Assembly: GCA_964577565.1 (NCBI GenBank)
Contig: CAZNZL010000001.1
Span: forward strand, 14,566-78,565
Direction of reading: 5' to 3'
Length of the DNA: 64,000 bases
Source of the DNA: an uncultured Candidatus Saccharibacteria bacterium
GTDB taxonomy: Bacteria; Patescibacteriota; Saccharimonadia; Saccharimonadales; JAGQNJ01
The notes under the pieces are model-generated. The model was not told the origin of the DNA. It saw only the letters and a list, made by a program, of their open reading frames with translations, and made no database searches. Shown here one piece after another: positions 1 to 9,100 of the stretch (positions are counted from its first letter, which is position 1; the number at the start of each line of letters is the position of its first letter). Position numbers and translations under genes: made by a program.

Positions 1-255
1 GAAGTATGGCTGCCAAGCCAAAATACATACCGCGAGACTCACACCGCGGATTACATGACCGACTACCAGGCTCGGGCTATGAAGACGAGGGTTCGCCGTT
101 CGGATGGAAGCATTGAATTAGTGCATACCAATGATGCAACCGTTTTTGCGCAACGTCCTTTAATCGGAATCATCGAAAATTATCAAACGAAAGATGGAGA
201 CGTTATGGTGCCTGAAGTGTTGAGAGAATATTTGGGAGGGAGGTCAAAAATTTAA
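1..255 (+). CDS. serS: seryl-tRNA synthetase, C-terminal fragment (5' end lies outside the window)
   Basis: Frame 1 is open from base 1. The C-terminal sequence QRPLIGIIENYQTKDGDVMVPEVLREYLGG matches the conserved class II SerRS C-terminus (ILENYQ..DG..IPxxLxxY). Confidence 0.8.
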   Translation, partial: EVWLPSQNTYRETHTADYMTDYQARAMKTRVRRSDGSIELVHTNDATVFAQRPLIGIIENYQTKDGDVMVPEVLREYLGGRSKI

Positions 256-615
256 ATGTCATTAAAACTAGAAATTAACGCCATCCATACAGAAGTCGGT
301 GATGATTTAAAAAAATACATCACAAAAAAGATCGGTAAACTAGATCGTTATTTACCACGCCGCGCCCGCGAATCATCACGCGGCGCGGTAAGGCTGAAGC
401 AGTCCAGGAGCAAAGACAAAAAACATCATACCTGCGAAGTGGTGCTCTATTTACCTCATGAAACCCTTACCGTGAGTGAGACTACAATAAATATGTTTGC
501 TGCCGTTGATATTGTAGAAACAAAGCTTAAAAATCAACTAAAAAAATACAAAGGAAAACACTCGGTTCTTCGAGGCCACACTCAACGCTTGCTTGGTAAA
601 ATACGTTCGCGTTAG
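256..615 (+). CDS. hpf: ribosome hibernation promoting factor / RaiA family, short form
   Basis: 119 aa. The N-terminus (MSLKLEINAIHTEVGDDLKKYITKKIGKLDRY) and TINMFAAVDIVETKLKNQLKKYK are typical of sigma-54 modulation/HPF family proteins. The gene lies immediately upstream of secA, a common arrangement. Confidence 0.8.
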   Translation: MSLKLEINAIHTEVGDDLKKYITKKIGKLDRYLPRRARESSRGAVRLKQSRSKDKKHHTCEVVLYLPHETLTVSETTINMFAAVDIVETKLKNQLKKYKGKHSVLRGHTQRLLGKIRSR

Positions 616-685
616 ACCCGCCAAGTAAGGTACAATATACCCCCAGAGTGGGACGGTCTTATAAGTTAGGGAAGAATTGAGGATA

Positions 686-3301
686 ATGAAGAAAATCTTA
701 AAAAGAGTTTTAGGCGACCCGCAGGCACAAACGGTAAAACGATTACGTAAGCGCGTAAATGACATTAATGACTTGGCTGATAAGTACAAAAAACTGTCAG
801 ATGCCAAACTAAAAGCGCAAACCGACGTTTTAAAGAAGCGGCTCAAGAAAGAATCGCTTGATAAAATTTTGCCTGATGCCTTTGCTGCCGTGCGGGAAGC
901 TGCAACGCGGACCCTCAAGCAACGTCATTTCGATGTGCAGTTAATTGGAGGTATGGTGCTGCATGAAGGTAAAGTAGCCGAAATGAAAACCGGTGAAGGT
1001 AAAACACTGGTCGCCACATTACCGGTTTATTTAAATGCCTTAACTGGTAAAGGTGTTCATGTGGTCACCGTAAATGATTACTTAGCGCAACGTGATGCTG
1101 GCTGGATGGGACAGGTTTATGATTTTATGGGTTTAAGCGTAGGGGTTATTATACCGGACGGTTCGTTTATTTATGACGCCTCTTACAAAAGCGAAAACCA
1201 TGATGATCCACGCTTGTTGCACCTAAAACCATGTACGCGGCAAGAAGCCTATGCTGCGGACATAACGTATGGTACCAATAATGAGTTTGGTTTTGATTAT
1301 TTGCGTGACAATATGGTTCGCGAAGAAGCGCAATTACGCCAACGGGATCTCCACTATGCAATCGTTGATGAGGTCGACTCTATTTTGATTGATGAAGCAA
1401 GGACGCCACTTATCATTTCGGCTCCGGCGGCAGCAAGCGCTACCGCTTATGAGCAGTTTTCCAAAGTTGTACGGACGCTCGTTAAAGATAAACATTTTAC
1501 GGTCGATGAAAAACATCGCTCCGTTGTTCTAACCGATGAGGGCGTTGAGGCGGTTGAAAAGAAACTTGGCCTTGATAATTTATACGCTACCGAAAACATA
1601 CGTACCATTTACCATCTTGAGCAAGCCCTTAAAGCTGAAGCGATTTTTAAGCGCGATAAAGATTATGTTATTACTAAAGATGGCGAGATTGTAATTGTCG
1701 ATGAGTTTACCGGCCGTTTACTAAAGGGGCGCCGTTATAACGAAGGGCTTCACCAGGCTATTGAAGCCAAAGAGGGCGTTGAGGTAAAAGAAGAGTCTAT
1801 GACACTAGCGACGATCTCGTTCCAAAACTATTTCCGGTTGTATGAAAAACTGGCCGGTATGACAGGAACGGCTGAAACCGAAAGCGAAGAGTTCCATCAA
1901 ATTTATAAACTTGACGTCGTGCAGGTACCTTCAAATAAACCGCTTATTCGAGATGACCGTCCTGACCGCATTTATAAGACTGAAAACGCCAAGTTTCGTG
2001 CCATCATTAAAGAAGTTCAAGTTCTGCACACCAAAGGTCAACCAGTGCTTATCGGGACCGTATCAATCGAACGAAACGAGCTTTTAAGCAATATGCTTAA
2101 AAAAGCCGGTATTCCCCACCAGGTGCTTAATGCAAAAAATAATGAAAAAGAAGCAGCTATTGTTGCTCAGGCGGGGCAAAAGGGAGCAGTTACGCTTGCG
2201 ACTAACATTGCCGGTCGCGGAACCGATATTGTTTTGAGCGACGAAGTTAAGAAGCTTGGCGGCTTGTTTGTGCTGGGTTCTGAACGGCATGAATCACGGC
2301 GTATTGATAACCAGTTGCGTGGGCGATCTGGTAGGCAAGGTGACCCTGGCGTAACACAGTTCTTTGTTTCTTGCGAAGATGATTTAATGCGTATCTTTGG
2401 CGGTGAGCGCATCTTAGCAATTATGGAGCGCCTTAATGTTGATGACGAAACGCCAATTGAAAACAGGGTAATATCTCGCAGCTTAGAGGCCGCCCAAAAG
2501 AAGGTCGAGGGCTTTAATTTCGACCAACGTAAAAATGTTGTTCAGTATGACGATGTCATGAACCGGCACAGAAAAGCCACCTATATCGTCAGACGCGAAA
2601 TACTCAAAGAGGCTGATATAAGCAAGCGTATTCAAGCCTTTATTGTCGATGAGGCGCAAGCTGTGGCTCGATCGCCGCTAGCCCATACAGAAGAGTTTGA
2701 AGAACTATTGAAAGAAGTGTTTCCGCTTGATGAAGCAGCTCTAGATGTTGTGTTTGATGCCGAATACGACCAGTTTGAAAAAGTATTAACCCAAAAAGCC
2801 CTAGAGCTATATGAAAGCCGCGAGGCTGTGTTTGGGCTAGATGTGATGCGAGCCGTAGAGCGCGAAATTTATTTACAGGTACTTGATACATTGTGGATGG
2901 AACACCTTGAAAACATGAACCACCTAAGAGAAGGTATTGGATGGATGGGCGTAGGGCAAAAAGATCCGTTGGTAGAATATCGTCGTCGTGCTCAGGTGTT
3001 GTTTGAAGATATGCAGCTAAAGATGCGCAACGAGATTGTTAAAACAATCTTCACGGCTGCGCCTATCAGCGAAGACGAACCCATTGAAACCGAACTAACC
3101 CGAGCCGCTCGCCGGTCTGTTGATAATGCCGACAAGATTATTGAAACAGAAGATCTTCATGAAAATGACTTTCTTTCTGTTTCTGATAATGCCGCCACAC
3201 TGTCAGAAACTAAGGCAACGAAAAAGCACACCACCGTTAAAAATCGAAAAAAAGCTCGTAAGGCCGAACGTAAGCGGAGGGCTAAGGGGCGCAAGCACTA
3301 A
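686..3301 (+). CDS. secA: preprotein translocase ATPase SecA
   Basis: Diagnostic SecA motifs are present (MKTGEGKTLVATLP, DEVDSILIDEARTPLIIS, TNIAGRGTDI). I prefer the ATG at 686 (MKKILKRVLG) over the TTG at 677. The C-terminus is a Lys/Arg-rich tail with no visible Cys-rich zinc motif. Confidence 0.95.
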   Translation: MKKILKRVLGDPQAQTVKRLRKRVNDINDLADKYKKLSDAKLKAQTDVLKKRLKKESLDKILPDAFAAVREAATRTLKQRHFDVQLIGGMVLHEGKVAEMKTGEGKTLVATLPVYLNALTGKGVHVVTVNDYLAQRDAGWMGQVYDFMGLSVGVIIPDGSFIYDASYKSENHDDPRLLHLKPCTRQEAYAADITYGTNNEFGFDYLRDNMVREEAQLRQRDLHYAIVDEVDSILIDEARTPLIISAPAAASATAYEQFSKVVRTLVKDKHFTVDEKHRSVVLTDEGVEAVEKKLGLDNLYATENIRTIYHLEQALKAEAIFKRDKDYVITKDGEIVIVDEFTGRLLKGRRYNEGLHQAIEAKEGVEVKEESMTLATISFQNYFRLYEKLAGMTGTAETESEEFHQIYKLDVVQVPSNKPLIRDDRPDRIYKTENAKFRAIIKEVQVLHTKGQPVLIGTVSIERNELLSNMLKKAGIPHQVLNAKNNEKEAAIVAQAGQKGAVTLATNIAGRGTDIVLSDEVKKLGGLFVLGSERHESRRIDNQLRGRSGRQGDPGVTQFFVSCEDDLMRIFGGERILAIMERLNVDDETPIENRVISRSLEAAQKKVEGFNFDQRKNVVQYDDVMNRHRKATYIVRREILKEADISKRIQAFIVDEAQAVARSPLAHTEEFEELLKEVFPLDEAALDVVFDAEYDQFEKVLTQKALELYESREAVFGLDVMRAVEREIYLQVLDTLWMEHLENMNHLREGIGWMGVGQKDPLVEYRRRAQVLFEDMQLKMRNEIVKTIFTAAPISEDEPIETELTRAARRSVDNADKIIETEDLHENDFLSVSDNAATLSETKATKKHTTVKNRKKARKAERKRRAKGRKH

Positions 3302-4596
3302 TGAAGCATACGGTTCATGAACTCACCTTAAAAAACGGAGCTAAGGGCTTGTTGGTTCATATACCAGACGCCACCGTCATGACATATGACATCAACTTTC
3401 GAGCTGGTGAATACCTCGTAAAGCGTGACAAATGGGAAACACCTCATTTGATGGAACATGTTTTATTGGGGGCGAACGAGCTATTTCCACGCTCGCGTGA
3501 TTTTCAGGCAGAGTTAGAAAAAAACGGGGCATACGCTAATGCCAGCACCGGCAGCTACGACATTACGTACGAAGCAGAGTGTGCAGATTTTGAATGGGAT
3601 CGTGTCTTGGGGTTGTTACTAACTGCTATTGCCAAGCCGCTGTTTTTACAAGATGAATTTGATGCGGAGGTTGGTAATGTTCGAGAAGAGCTGTTTTCAC
3701 GTTCTAACAACCATTTTCGTTACCTAAATCTTGCCCTGCGTGAGAAGTATGGCTTTAGTGTGATGACTGACCAAGAGCGGCTGAGATTGATGGACAATGT
3801 TGCTCTTAGCGATGTTCAAGAGCATTATAAGAAGACGCACCGCGCACCAAATATGCGTTTTGTTATTGCGGGCAATCTGACGAAGCCTCGGCAAGAGGTT
3901 ATTCGAAAATTATTAACTGCAATCGAGCTAGAGGGTGACGGTTATCGCACACCCTTGCCTGACGAGACGCCGCAAACCCTAACCGAGGCGCTGTATTTAC
4001 ATAACCCGACCATTGAGAACCTCTATTTCTACCTTGATACCTTTACTCGTAGACGGGTAACAGAGTCAGAGAGCTACGGGCTTATGTTAGCAAATATTTT
4101 AATGACCGAGACACTTCATTCGCGTATTTTTGGGCAAGCGCGAGAGAAAGGTCTAGTGTATGGGGTAAGCTCTAATTATTCGCGCTTACTAGGCTCAACC
4201 AATATGTGGCTTGGCGCCCAAGTTATGCCCCAGAACATGCAGGCCCTTGCTTCTATTATTCGGCACGAAATAAATGATATGAAGCGGGGCGGCATTAGTG
4301 AGGACGAACTTAAAGCAGCAAAGCTTTTTGCGCTAGGGCGCTATCAGCGAAGCGCTCAAACCGTAGCTACCACGGCTAATTTGTATAGTAATCGTTATTT
4401 CTACGAAGAAGAAGTAGAGGATTACTATGCGATTCCAGATAAAATCCAAGCCGTCACGCAAGATCAAATGGTAGCAGCCCTCAATGCGGTGTTTGCTGAG
4501 AATGTACGAGGTTTCGGTATCCTGGGTAGTTGCGGTGAAGAATTTGTTGATAAGGCGTATACCTCGCTTGAAAGTTTATGGACCGAGGTTGCATAA
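3301..4596 (+). CDS. M16 (pitrilysin/insulinase) family zinc peptidase
   Basis: 431 aa with the inverted zinc-binding motif HxxEH (HLMEH) near the N-terminus. Length and layout are typical of M16 peptidases. The start overlaps the secA stop. Confidence 0.8.
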   Translation: MKHTVHELTLKNGAKGLLVHIPDATVMTYDINFRAGEYLVKRDKWETPHLMEHVLLGANELFPRSRDFQAELEKNGAYANASTGSYDITYEAECADFEWDRVLGLLLTAIAKPLFLQDEFDAEVGNVREELFSRSNNHFRYLNLALREKYGFSVMTDQERLRLMDNVALSDVQEHYKKTHRAPNMRFVIAGNLTKPRQEVIRKLLTAIELEGDGYRTPLPDETPQTLTEALYLHNPTIENLYFYLDTFTRRRVTESESYGLMLANILMTETLHSRIFGQAREKGLVYGVSSNYSRLLGSTNMWLGAQVMPQNMQALASIIRHEINDMKRGGISEDELKAAKLFALGRYQRSAQTVATTANLYSNRYFYEEEVEDYYAIPDKIQAVTQDQMVAALNAVFAENVRGFGILGSCGEEFVDKAYTSLESLWTEVA

Positions 4597-4656
4597 GCGG
4601 TTATCAGCCAGTACACTAAAGGGTATCGACATCATTAAACATATAGGAGAAGATGC

Positions 4657-5052
4657 ATGAACCCCAACGAAAAAGATATAAATGATCCAGCCGTGAATGT
4701 GCCGGTAGAGCCAGTTACTACTGATAGCCTAAGTCAACCACCAACCGAAACAGATACCCTTGGTGCCACACAGGTAGCGTCAGCCGAACAGCCGCTGGCA
4801 GCCCCCAACTCCGATGCTGTTAATGCGCCAACTCCTTCTAATGAAGGTAATTCAAGTGTAAATACGCCACCGACAACCCAAGGTAATACTGAGGTAACTC
4901 CAACGCCAGCTGATCTGCCTACAACACCGCTTGGCGGCAGCTCAATGCCGGCATCAGCCTCAGGTGCAAAATCAAAAAGCATTCTCGGAATCACTATTGT
5001 AGTACTTGGTGTACTGGTATTGCTTGTCGTGCTCGGTATGATGCTTGCTTAG
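4657..5052 (+). CDS. hypothetical Pro/Thr/Ser-rich protein with a C-terminal transmembrane anchor
   Basis: AGGAG lies 8 nt upstream of the ATG. The body is low-complexity P/T/S/N-rich and ends in a hydrophobic helix (ILGITIVVLGVLVLLVVLGMMLA). No family recognised. Confidence 0.5.
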   Translation: MNPNEKDINDPAVNVPVEPVTTDSLSQPPTETDTLGATQVASAEQPLAAPNSDAVNAPTPSNEGNSSVNTPPTTQGNTEVTPTPADLPTTPLGGSSMPASASGAKSKSILGITIVVLGVLVLLVVLGMMLA

Positions 5053-5080
5053 AAATTTAAACAAGCTTTCCGTTAGTTGC

Positions 5081-5086
5081 TATAAT
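5081..5086 (+). promoter_or_regulatory. -10 box TATAAT (preceded by TGC) 7 nt upstream of the prfB ATG; predicts a leaderless mRNA
   Basis: The sequence reads gttgcTATAATcagacctATG. There is no room for a Shine-Dalgarno sequence between the -10 box and the ATG. Confidence 0.55.
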
Positions 5087-5093
5087 CAGACCT

Positions 5094-6179
5094 ATGTCTG
5101 AGAATACTGGCACTATTAACGCTCTGTTTGAGGAAATTACGAATGCGTATCAACGTCTTGATATAGCGACCCTTAAAGTGAAATTGGCAACATTAGAACG
5201 CGCAACCGAAGAGCAGTCTTTTTGGAATGATTCGCTGTCGGCGCAAGAGACAATGAAGCAAATCGCAGACCTTAGAGGCCGCGTGGAGCCTTGGGAGGAG
5301 CTGCGCCAGGCTATAGTTGAGCTGAAAGAACTAGATGGGCTGGGTGATGCAAGTTTGAATAATGAAATAGCAGCGCAACTTACGCAAATTACTAAGGAGT
5401 TTCAAGCGCGCAAGAGAGATTTATTGTTTTCGGGGCCGTATGATGACCATGGTGCTATACTGAGCATTCATGCCGGAGCGGGAGGAACTGATGCTCAGGA
5501 TTGGGCACAAATGCTGCTTCGAATGTACGTACGGTGGGCTGAAGCAGAAGGCGGCAGGCCAACTTTAGTAGACCAATCAGCGGGTGAAGAAGCAGGCATA
5601 AAGAGTGTCACGCTCCAGATTGATACTTCTTTAGCGTATGGCAAGCTAAAAAGTGAGCACGGAGTTCATCGTTTAGTTCGACTTAGTCCTTTTAATGCAG
5701 ACAATTTGCGGCAGACGAGTTTTGCCAAAGTAGATGTTTTGCCTAAAATTGACAGCCCTGACGAGGTTAAGCTTGAAGATAAAGATCTTAAAGTTGATGT
5801 TTATCGGGCGGGCGGGCACGGCGGTCAATCCGTGAACACTACTGATTCGGCTGTTCGGGTAACGCACATACCGACTGGCATTACCGTTAGTATTCAAAAC
5901 GAGCGCTCACAGCTACAAAATAAAGAGATGGCGCTAACTATCCTTCGTTCGCGGTTAGCCCAACTACAACTAGAGCAACACCAAAGCCACCTCAGTCAGC
6001 TAAAGGGACCAAACCAGTCAGCTGAGTGGGGCAACCAAATTAGAAGCTATGTCTTACACCCCTATAAACAAGTTAAGGATCTTCGTACGCGTTACGAGGT
6101 CTCAGATCCAGATGATGTTCTCAATGGTAACCTCAACGGTTTTATAAATGCTTATTTAAATCACACCATGCACAGTTAA
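5094..6179 (+). CDS. prfB: peptide chain release factor 2, encoded in one uninterrupted frame
   Basis: Contains the SPF tripeptide (RLSPFNA) that marks RF2 and the GGQ motif (GGHGGQSVNTTDSAVR). 361 aa with no internal in-frame stop or +1 frameshift site. Confidence 0.95.
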   Translation: MSENTGTINALFEEITNAYQRLDIATLKVKLATLERATEEQSFWNDSLSAQETMKQIADLRGRVEPWEELRQAIVELKELDGLGDASLNNEIAAQLTQITKEFQARKRDLLFSGPYDDHGAILSIHAGAGGTDAQDWAQMLLRMYVRWAEAEGGRPTLVDQSAGEEAGIKSVTLQIDTSLAYGKLKSEHGVHRLVRLSPFNADNLRQTSFAKVDVLPKIDSPDEVKLEDKDLKVDVYRAGGHGGQSVNTTDSAVRVTHIPTGITVSIQNERSQLQNKEMALTILRSRLAQLQLEQHQSHLSQLKGPNQSAEWGNQIRSYVLHPYKQVKDLRTRYEVSDPDDVLNGNLNGFINAYLNHTMHS

Positions 6180-6208
6180 TAGTAGCTTCTAAACCATTAT
6201 CAATTTGC

Positions 6209-6214
6209 TATAAT
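6209..6214 (+). promoter_or_regulatory. -10 box TATAAT (TGC-extended) 9 nt upstream of the ftsE ATG
   Basis: The sequence reads tttgcTATAATagaagctacATG. Confidence 0.5.
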
Positions 6215-6223
6215 AGAAGCTAC

Positions 6224-6904
6224 ATGATTCTGTTAGATAGGGTAAGTAAAGTCTACGGCAAAACAAATATTGCACTTGACCGGGCCAGTCTTCACGTTCA
6301 GCCCAAAGAGTTTGTGATTATTGTTGGTCCCAGTGGAGCTGGTAAATCAACCTTTCTTAAATTACTAACTCGTGAAGAGCGACCCACAAGCGGCAAAATT
6401 ATTGTGGGCGGCATTGATTATGACCATCTTAAAGATAAGAAAATTCCATTGCTAAGGCGCAAAATAGGAGTTGTCTTTCAAGACTTTAAACTTTTACCAA
6501 ATAAAAATGTGTTCGAAAACGTCGCCTTTGCGCTGGAGATTGTTGGCATGGGTAATAAAGAAATCCAGTATACAGTACCTCGTGTTTTAAACATTGTTGG
6601 CCTCAGTGGTAAAGAGAAGAACTACCCTAAAGAGCTATCTGGTGGTGAGCGACAACGCGTGGCAATTGCTCGTGCAATTGCACGACAACCAAAGATTTTA
6701 ATTGCCGACGAACCCACCGGTAACTTAGATCCAAAACACGCATGGGACGTCATAAAGGTACTTGAAAAAATTAACCGTTACGGCACAACAGTATTACTAA
6801 CAACGCACAACCAAGAAATAGTCAATAAGTTAAAGCGCCGTGTTATAACTATCAAGGCCGGTAAAGTTGTGAGCGATAGAGTTGGTGGGGAGTACAAAGC
6901 CTAA
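6224..6904 (+). CDS. ftsE: cell division ABC transporter ATP-binding protein FtsE
   Basis: Walker A (GPSGAGKST), ABC signature (LSGGERQR) and Walker B (ILIADEPTGNLD) are present. The gene is directly followed by ftsX with a TAATG overlap. Confidence 0.9.
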   Translation: MILLDRVSKVYGKTNIALDRASLHVQPKEFVIIVGPSGAGKSTFLKLLTREERPTSGKIIVGGIDYDHLKDKKIPLLRRKIGVVFQDFKLLPNKNVFENVAFALEIVGMGNKEIQYTVPRVLNIVGLSGKEKNYPKELSGGERQRVAIARAIARQPKILIADEPTGNLDPKHAWDVIKVLEKINRYGTTVLLTTHNQEIVNKLKRRVITIKAGKVVSDRVGGEYKA

Positions 6905-7848
6905 TGCGCCGAAAACTCATCACGATATCACGTATTTTTAAGAGCGGGCTTACTAATTTTATTCGTAATGCCTGGTTAACTGTAGCTGCTATTGCTGTCA
7001 TGGTTATTACGCTAACGATTGTTTTATTCTCTGTTATAGCAAATGCCACTTTTGCAAATACTATCCAGCAAATTACCGATAAGATTGATATATCGATTTA
7101 CCTTAAAGACGGTACCTCAGATGAAAGTAAAGATATGATTATCAATACATTAAACGACCTCAGTAACGTGAGAGAGATAGAATACTTGTCAAAAGAGCAA
7201 GCCAGAGATGAATTTATTGAAAACAATGAAGATGATGTTGATTTGCGTCTGTCTATTGCTCAGGCGGGCGAAAATCCTATACCGGCCACAATCCGCATTA
7301 AACCAGTTGATGTTAATAAGTTAGAAGAGCTTAACCAAGAGATTAACCAACAAAATTGGGGTGAGTTTATCTTGGAGATTTCTTACCAGAAAGATCGAAA
7401 AACAGCCATTGATAATATCGCTAGCGCAACAACGTTTTTCAGAAAAGCAGGGGTTATAGGGGTGGCGGTCTTTGCGCTTATCTCGATGCTGATTATATTT
7501 AACACCTTGCGAATGGCTATATTTAATCGCCGCGAAGAACTTAATATTATGCGTTTGCTTGGTGCTAGTACTTGGTATATTCGCGGTCCTTTTGTGGTAG
7601 AGACGGTGTTGTATGGCATTGTGGCGGCAATTATTTCAGTTGTATTGTGTAATGCATTGTTTGTCGTGTCGTCGTCTGCATTTGGTGCGAGCAGTCTTGG
7701 TCTTTTGGACTTAAAGTTTGCCAACGAGTATTTTGCGAAAAATTTCTGGAAAATTTTGGCTATACAACTGGCTATCGGTATACTAATTGGAGGCGTATCG
7801 TCTATTATTGCTACACGTCGATATCTAAAATTTAAGTCATCAAAATAA
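6904..7848 (+). CDS. ftsX: cell division permease-like protein FtsX
   Basis: 314 aa with an N-terminal TM helix, a large extracytoplasmic domain and three C-terminal TM helices. The start overlaps the ftsE stop. Confidence 0.85.
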   Translation: MRRKLITISRIFKSGLTNFIRNAWLTVAAIAVMVITLTIVLFSVIANATFANTIQQITDKIDISIYLKDGTSDESKDMIINTLNDLSNVREIEYLSKEQARDEFIENNEDDVDLRLSIAQAGENPIPATIRIKPVDVNKLEELNQEINQQNWGEFILEISYQKDRKTAIDNIASATTFFRKAGVIGVAVFALISMLIIFNTLRMAIFNRREELNIMRLLGASTWYIRGPFVVETVLYGIVAAIISVVLCNALFVVSSSAFGASSLGLLDLKFANEYFAKNFWKILAIQLAIGILIGGVSSIIATRRYLKFKSSK

Positions 7849-7860
7849 CGTTCGGCTATT

Positions 7861-7891
7861 AAAAGCTCCTCACAAACACAGGAGCTTTTTT
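7861..7891 (+). terminator. rho-independent terminator after ftsX
   Basis: A hairpin (AGCTCCT cacaaacac AGGAGCT) is followed by a run of six T. Confidence 0.6.
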
Positions 7892-7966
7892 GCGGCCGCA
7901 AACACTTTACGCAGCTTGGAGGGTCATGATACAATGCTAACGGTTACATCAATAAAACAAACAGTT

Positions 7967-9091
7967 ATGTTGCAAACAAAAAAAGTACGCTTGAATATTT
8001 TTAGGGCTTCCAAAAAAGGCTTGCTTGGTTTGAGTGCGTTAATGGTTATTGGGGGCTCAGTAGCGGGCGTCAATATTACGCGCGCTCAGTCATTACAAGA
8101 TCAAATTAATGACTTACAACGACAAAATGCCGAAAACAAGAGTGCCGTCCAGAAATTACGAGAAGTAGCCACCAGTTATCAAAATGCGATTGAAATACTT
8201 GAGCACGACATTGCCGAGACCGAGAAAGCCATTCAGGTGAGTACGCAGCGCCAGGCGGAGCTTGAAAAAGCTATTGCAGAGGCTGAAGCCGAACTTGCCC
8301 GCCAACAAGATCTCCTCGGTAAAAACATCCGGGCTATGTATGTAGAAGGTGACATTTCAACTCTCGAAATGCTTGCCTCGAGTAACGATCTGAGTGAATT
8401 TGTTGACAAACAACAGTACCGTACCTCCGTAAAAAACAAAATAGTCAGTACCCTCGAGAAGATTAATGAGTTGAAGCACCAGCTTAAAACCCAAAAAGAA
8501 CAAGTAGAAATAGAGATTAAAGAACAAAACAATAGCCGAGCACAGCTAGCTGCTGCACGCAGCGAACAGGCAAGATTGTTGTCTATGAACCAATCAGAGC
8601 AAGCTGCTTTTACTGCTAAAACAAAAGCCAATGAAGCCAAAATTCGTGAACTGCAAGCTGCCCAACGAGCTTTGGCGCGAAGTATTGCGTCGGGTAACTT
8701 TGTTAGCCAAGGGCCCGTTAAGCAAGGCGATACGATTGGCCGCGTAGGTAATACGGGCTTTTCTACCGGCGCACATTTGCACTTTGAAGCGATAACGAGC
8801 GGGGGTCAGGATGTAAACCCCAATAACTACATAGGAAACGGCTGGATTCGACCCGTAGAGGGCGGTTATATTTCACAGGGTTACGGCGTAGCTAATAGCT
8901 GGTATATCAAAGGCTATCATACCGGTATAGACTATGCCGGGGTAACGGGAAGACCAGTTTTGGCAGCTGCGGATGGAGAAATCGTCTGGCGGGGCTGTAA
9001 GGGTTCATGCGGCGCGAGCTATGGTTACTATGTCTTAATTCGGCACAGTAACGGCATGTTTAGCCTGTACGCACACATGCAAATACCGTAA
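7967..9091 (+). CDS. coiled-coil M23 (LytM-type) peptidoglycan endopeptidase, EnvC-like architecture
   Basis: The C-terminal M23 motifs are intact (HTGIDYAG, GNTGFSTGAHLHFE). A long coiled coil sits between an N-terminal TM/signal segment and M23. The start is uncertain (7916, 7931 or 7967). I prefer 7967 because TGaTACAAT at 7927-7935 overlaps the earlier ATG. Confidence 0.8.
   Translation: MLQTKKVRLNIFRASKKGLLGLSALMVIGGSVAGVNITRAQSLQDQINDLQRQNAENKSAVQKLREVATSYQNAIEILEHDIAETEKAIQVSTQRQAELEKAIAEAEAELARQQDLLGKNIRAMYVEGDISTLEMLASSNDLSEFVDKQQYRTSVKNKIVSTLEKINELKHQLKTQKEQVEIEIKEQNNSRAQLAAARSEQARLLSMNQSEQAAFTAKTKANEAKIRELQAAQRALARSIASGNFVSQGPVKQGDTIGRVGNTGFSTGAHLHFEAITSGGQDVNPNNYIGNGWIRPVEGGYISQGYGVANSWYIKGYHTGIDYAGVTGRPVLAAADGEIVWRGCKGSCGASYGYYVLIRHSNGMFSLYAHMQIP
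8285..8484 (+). repeat. copy 1 of a 200-bp perfect direct repeat shared by the two hydrolase genes
   Basis: Base-for-base identical to 9422-9621 (offset 1137). It encodes EAELARQQDLLGKNIRAMYVEGDISTLEMLASSNDLSEFVDKQQYRTSVKNKIVSTLEKINELKHQL in both proteins. Confidence 0.95.
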
Positions 9092-9100
9092 GGTAAGTAT

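Noticed and set aside
538-918. Many ORFs of 60-230 aa lie antisense to, or overlap, clearly identified genes. Examples: 538-918 (-), 7383-7934 (-), 8233-8640 (-), 21660-22112 (-), 28913-29452 (-), 46314-46739 (+), 52344-52742 (+), 62871-63576 (+).
   Set aside because: Each lies inside a longer ORF with strong family motifs on the other strand or in another frame. Their translations are low-complexity or Cys/Arg/Ser-rich, as is typical of shadow frames. None has its own promoter or ribosome-binding signal.
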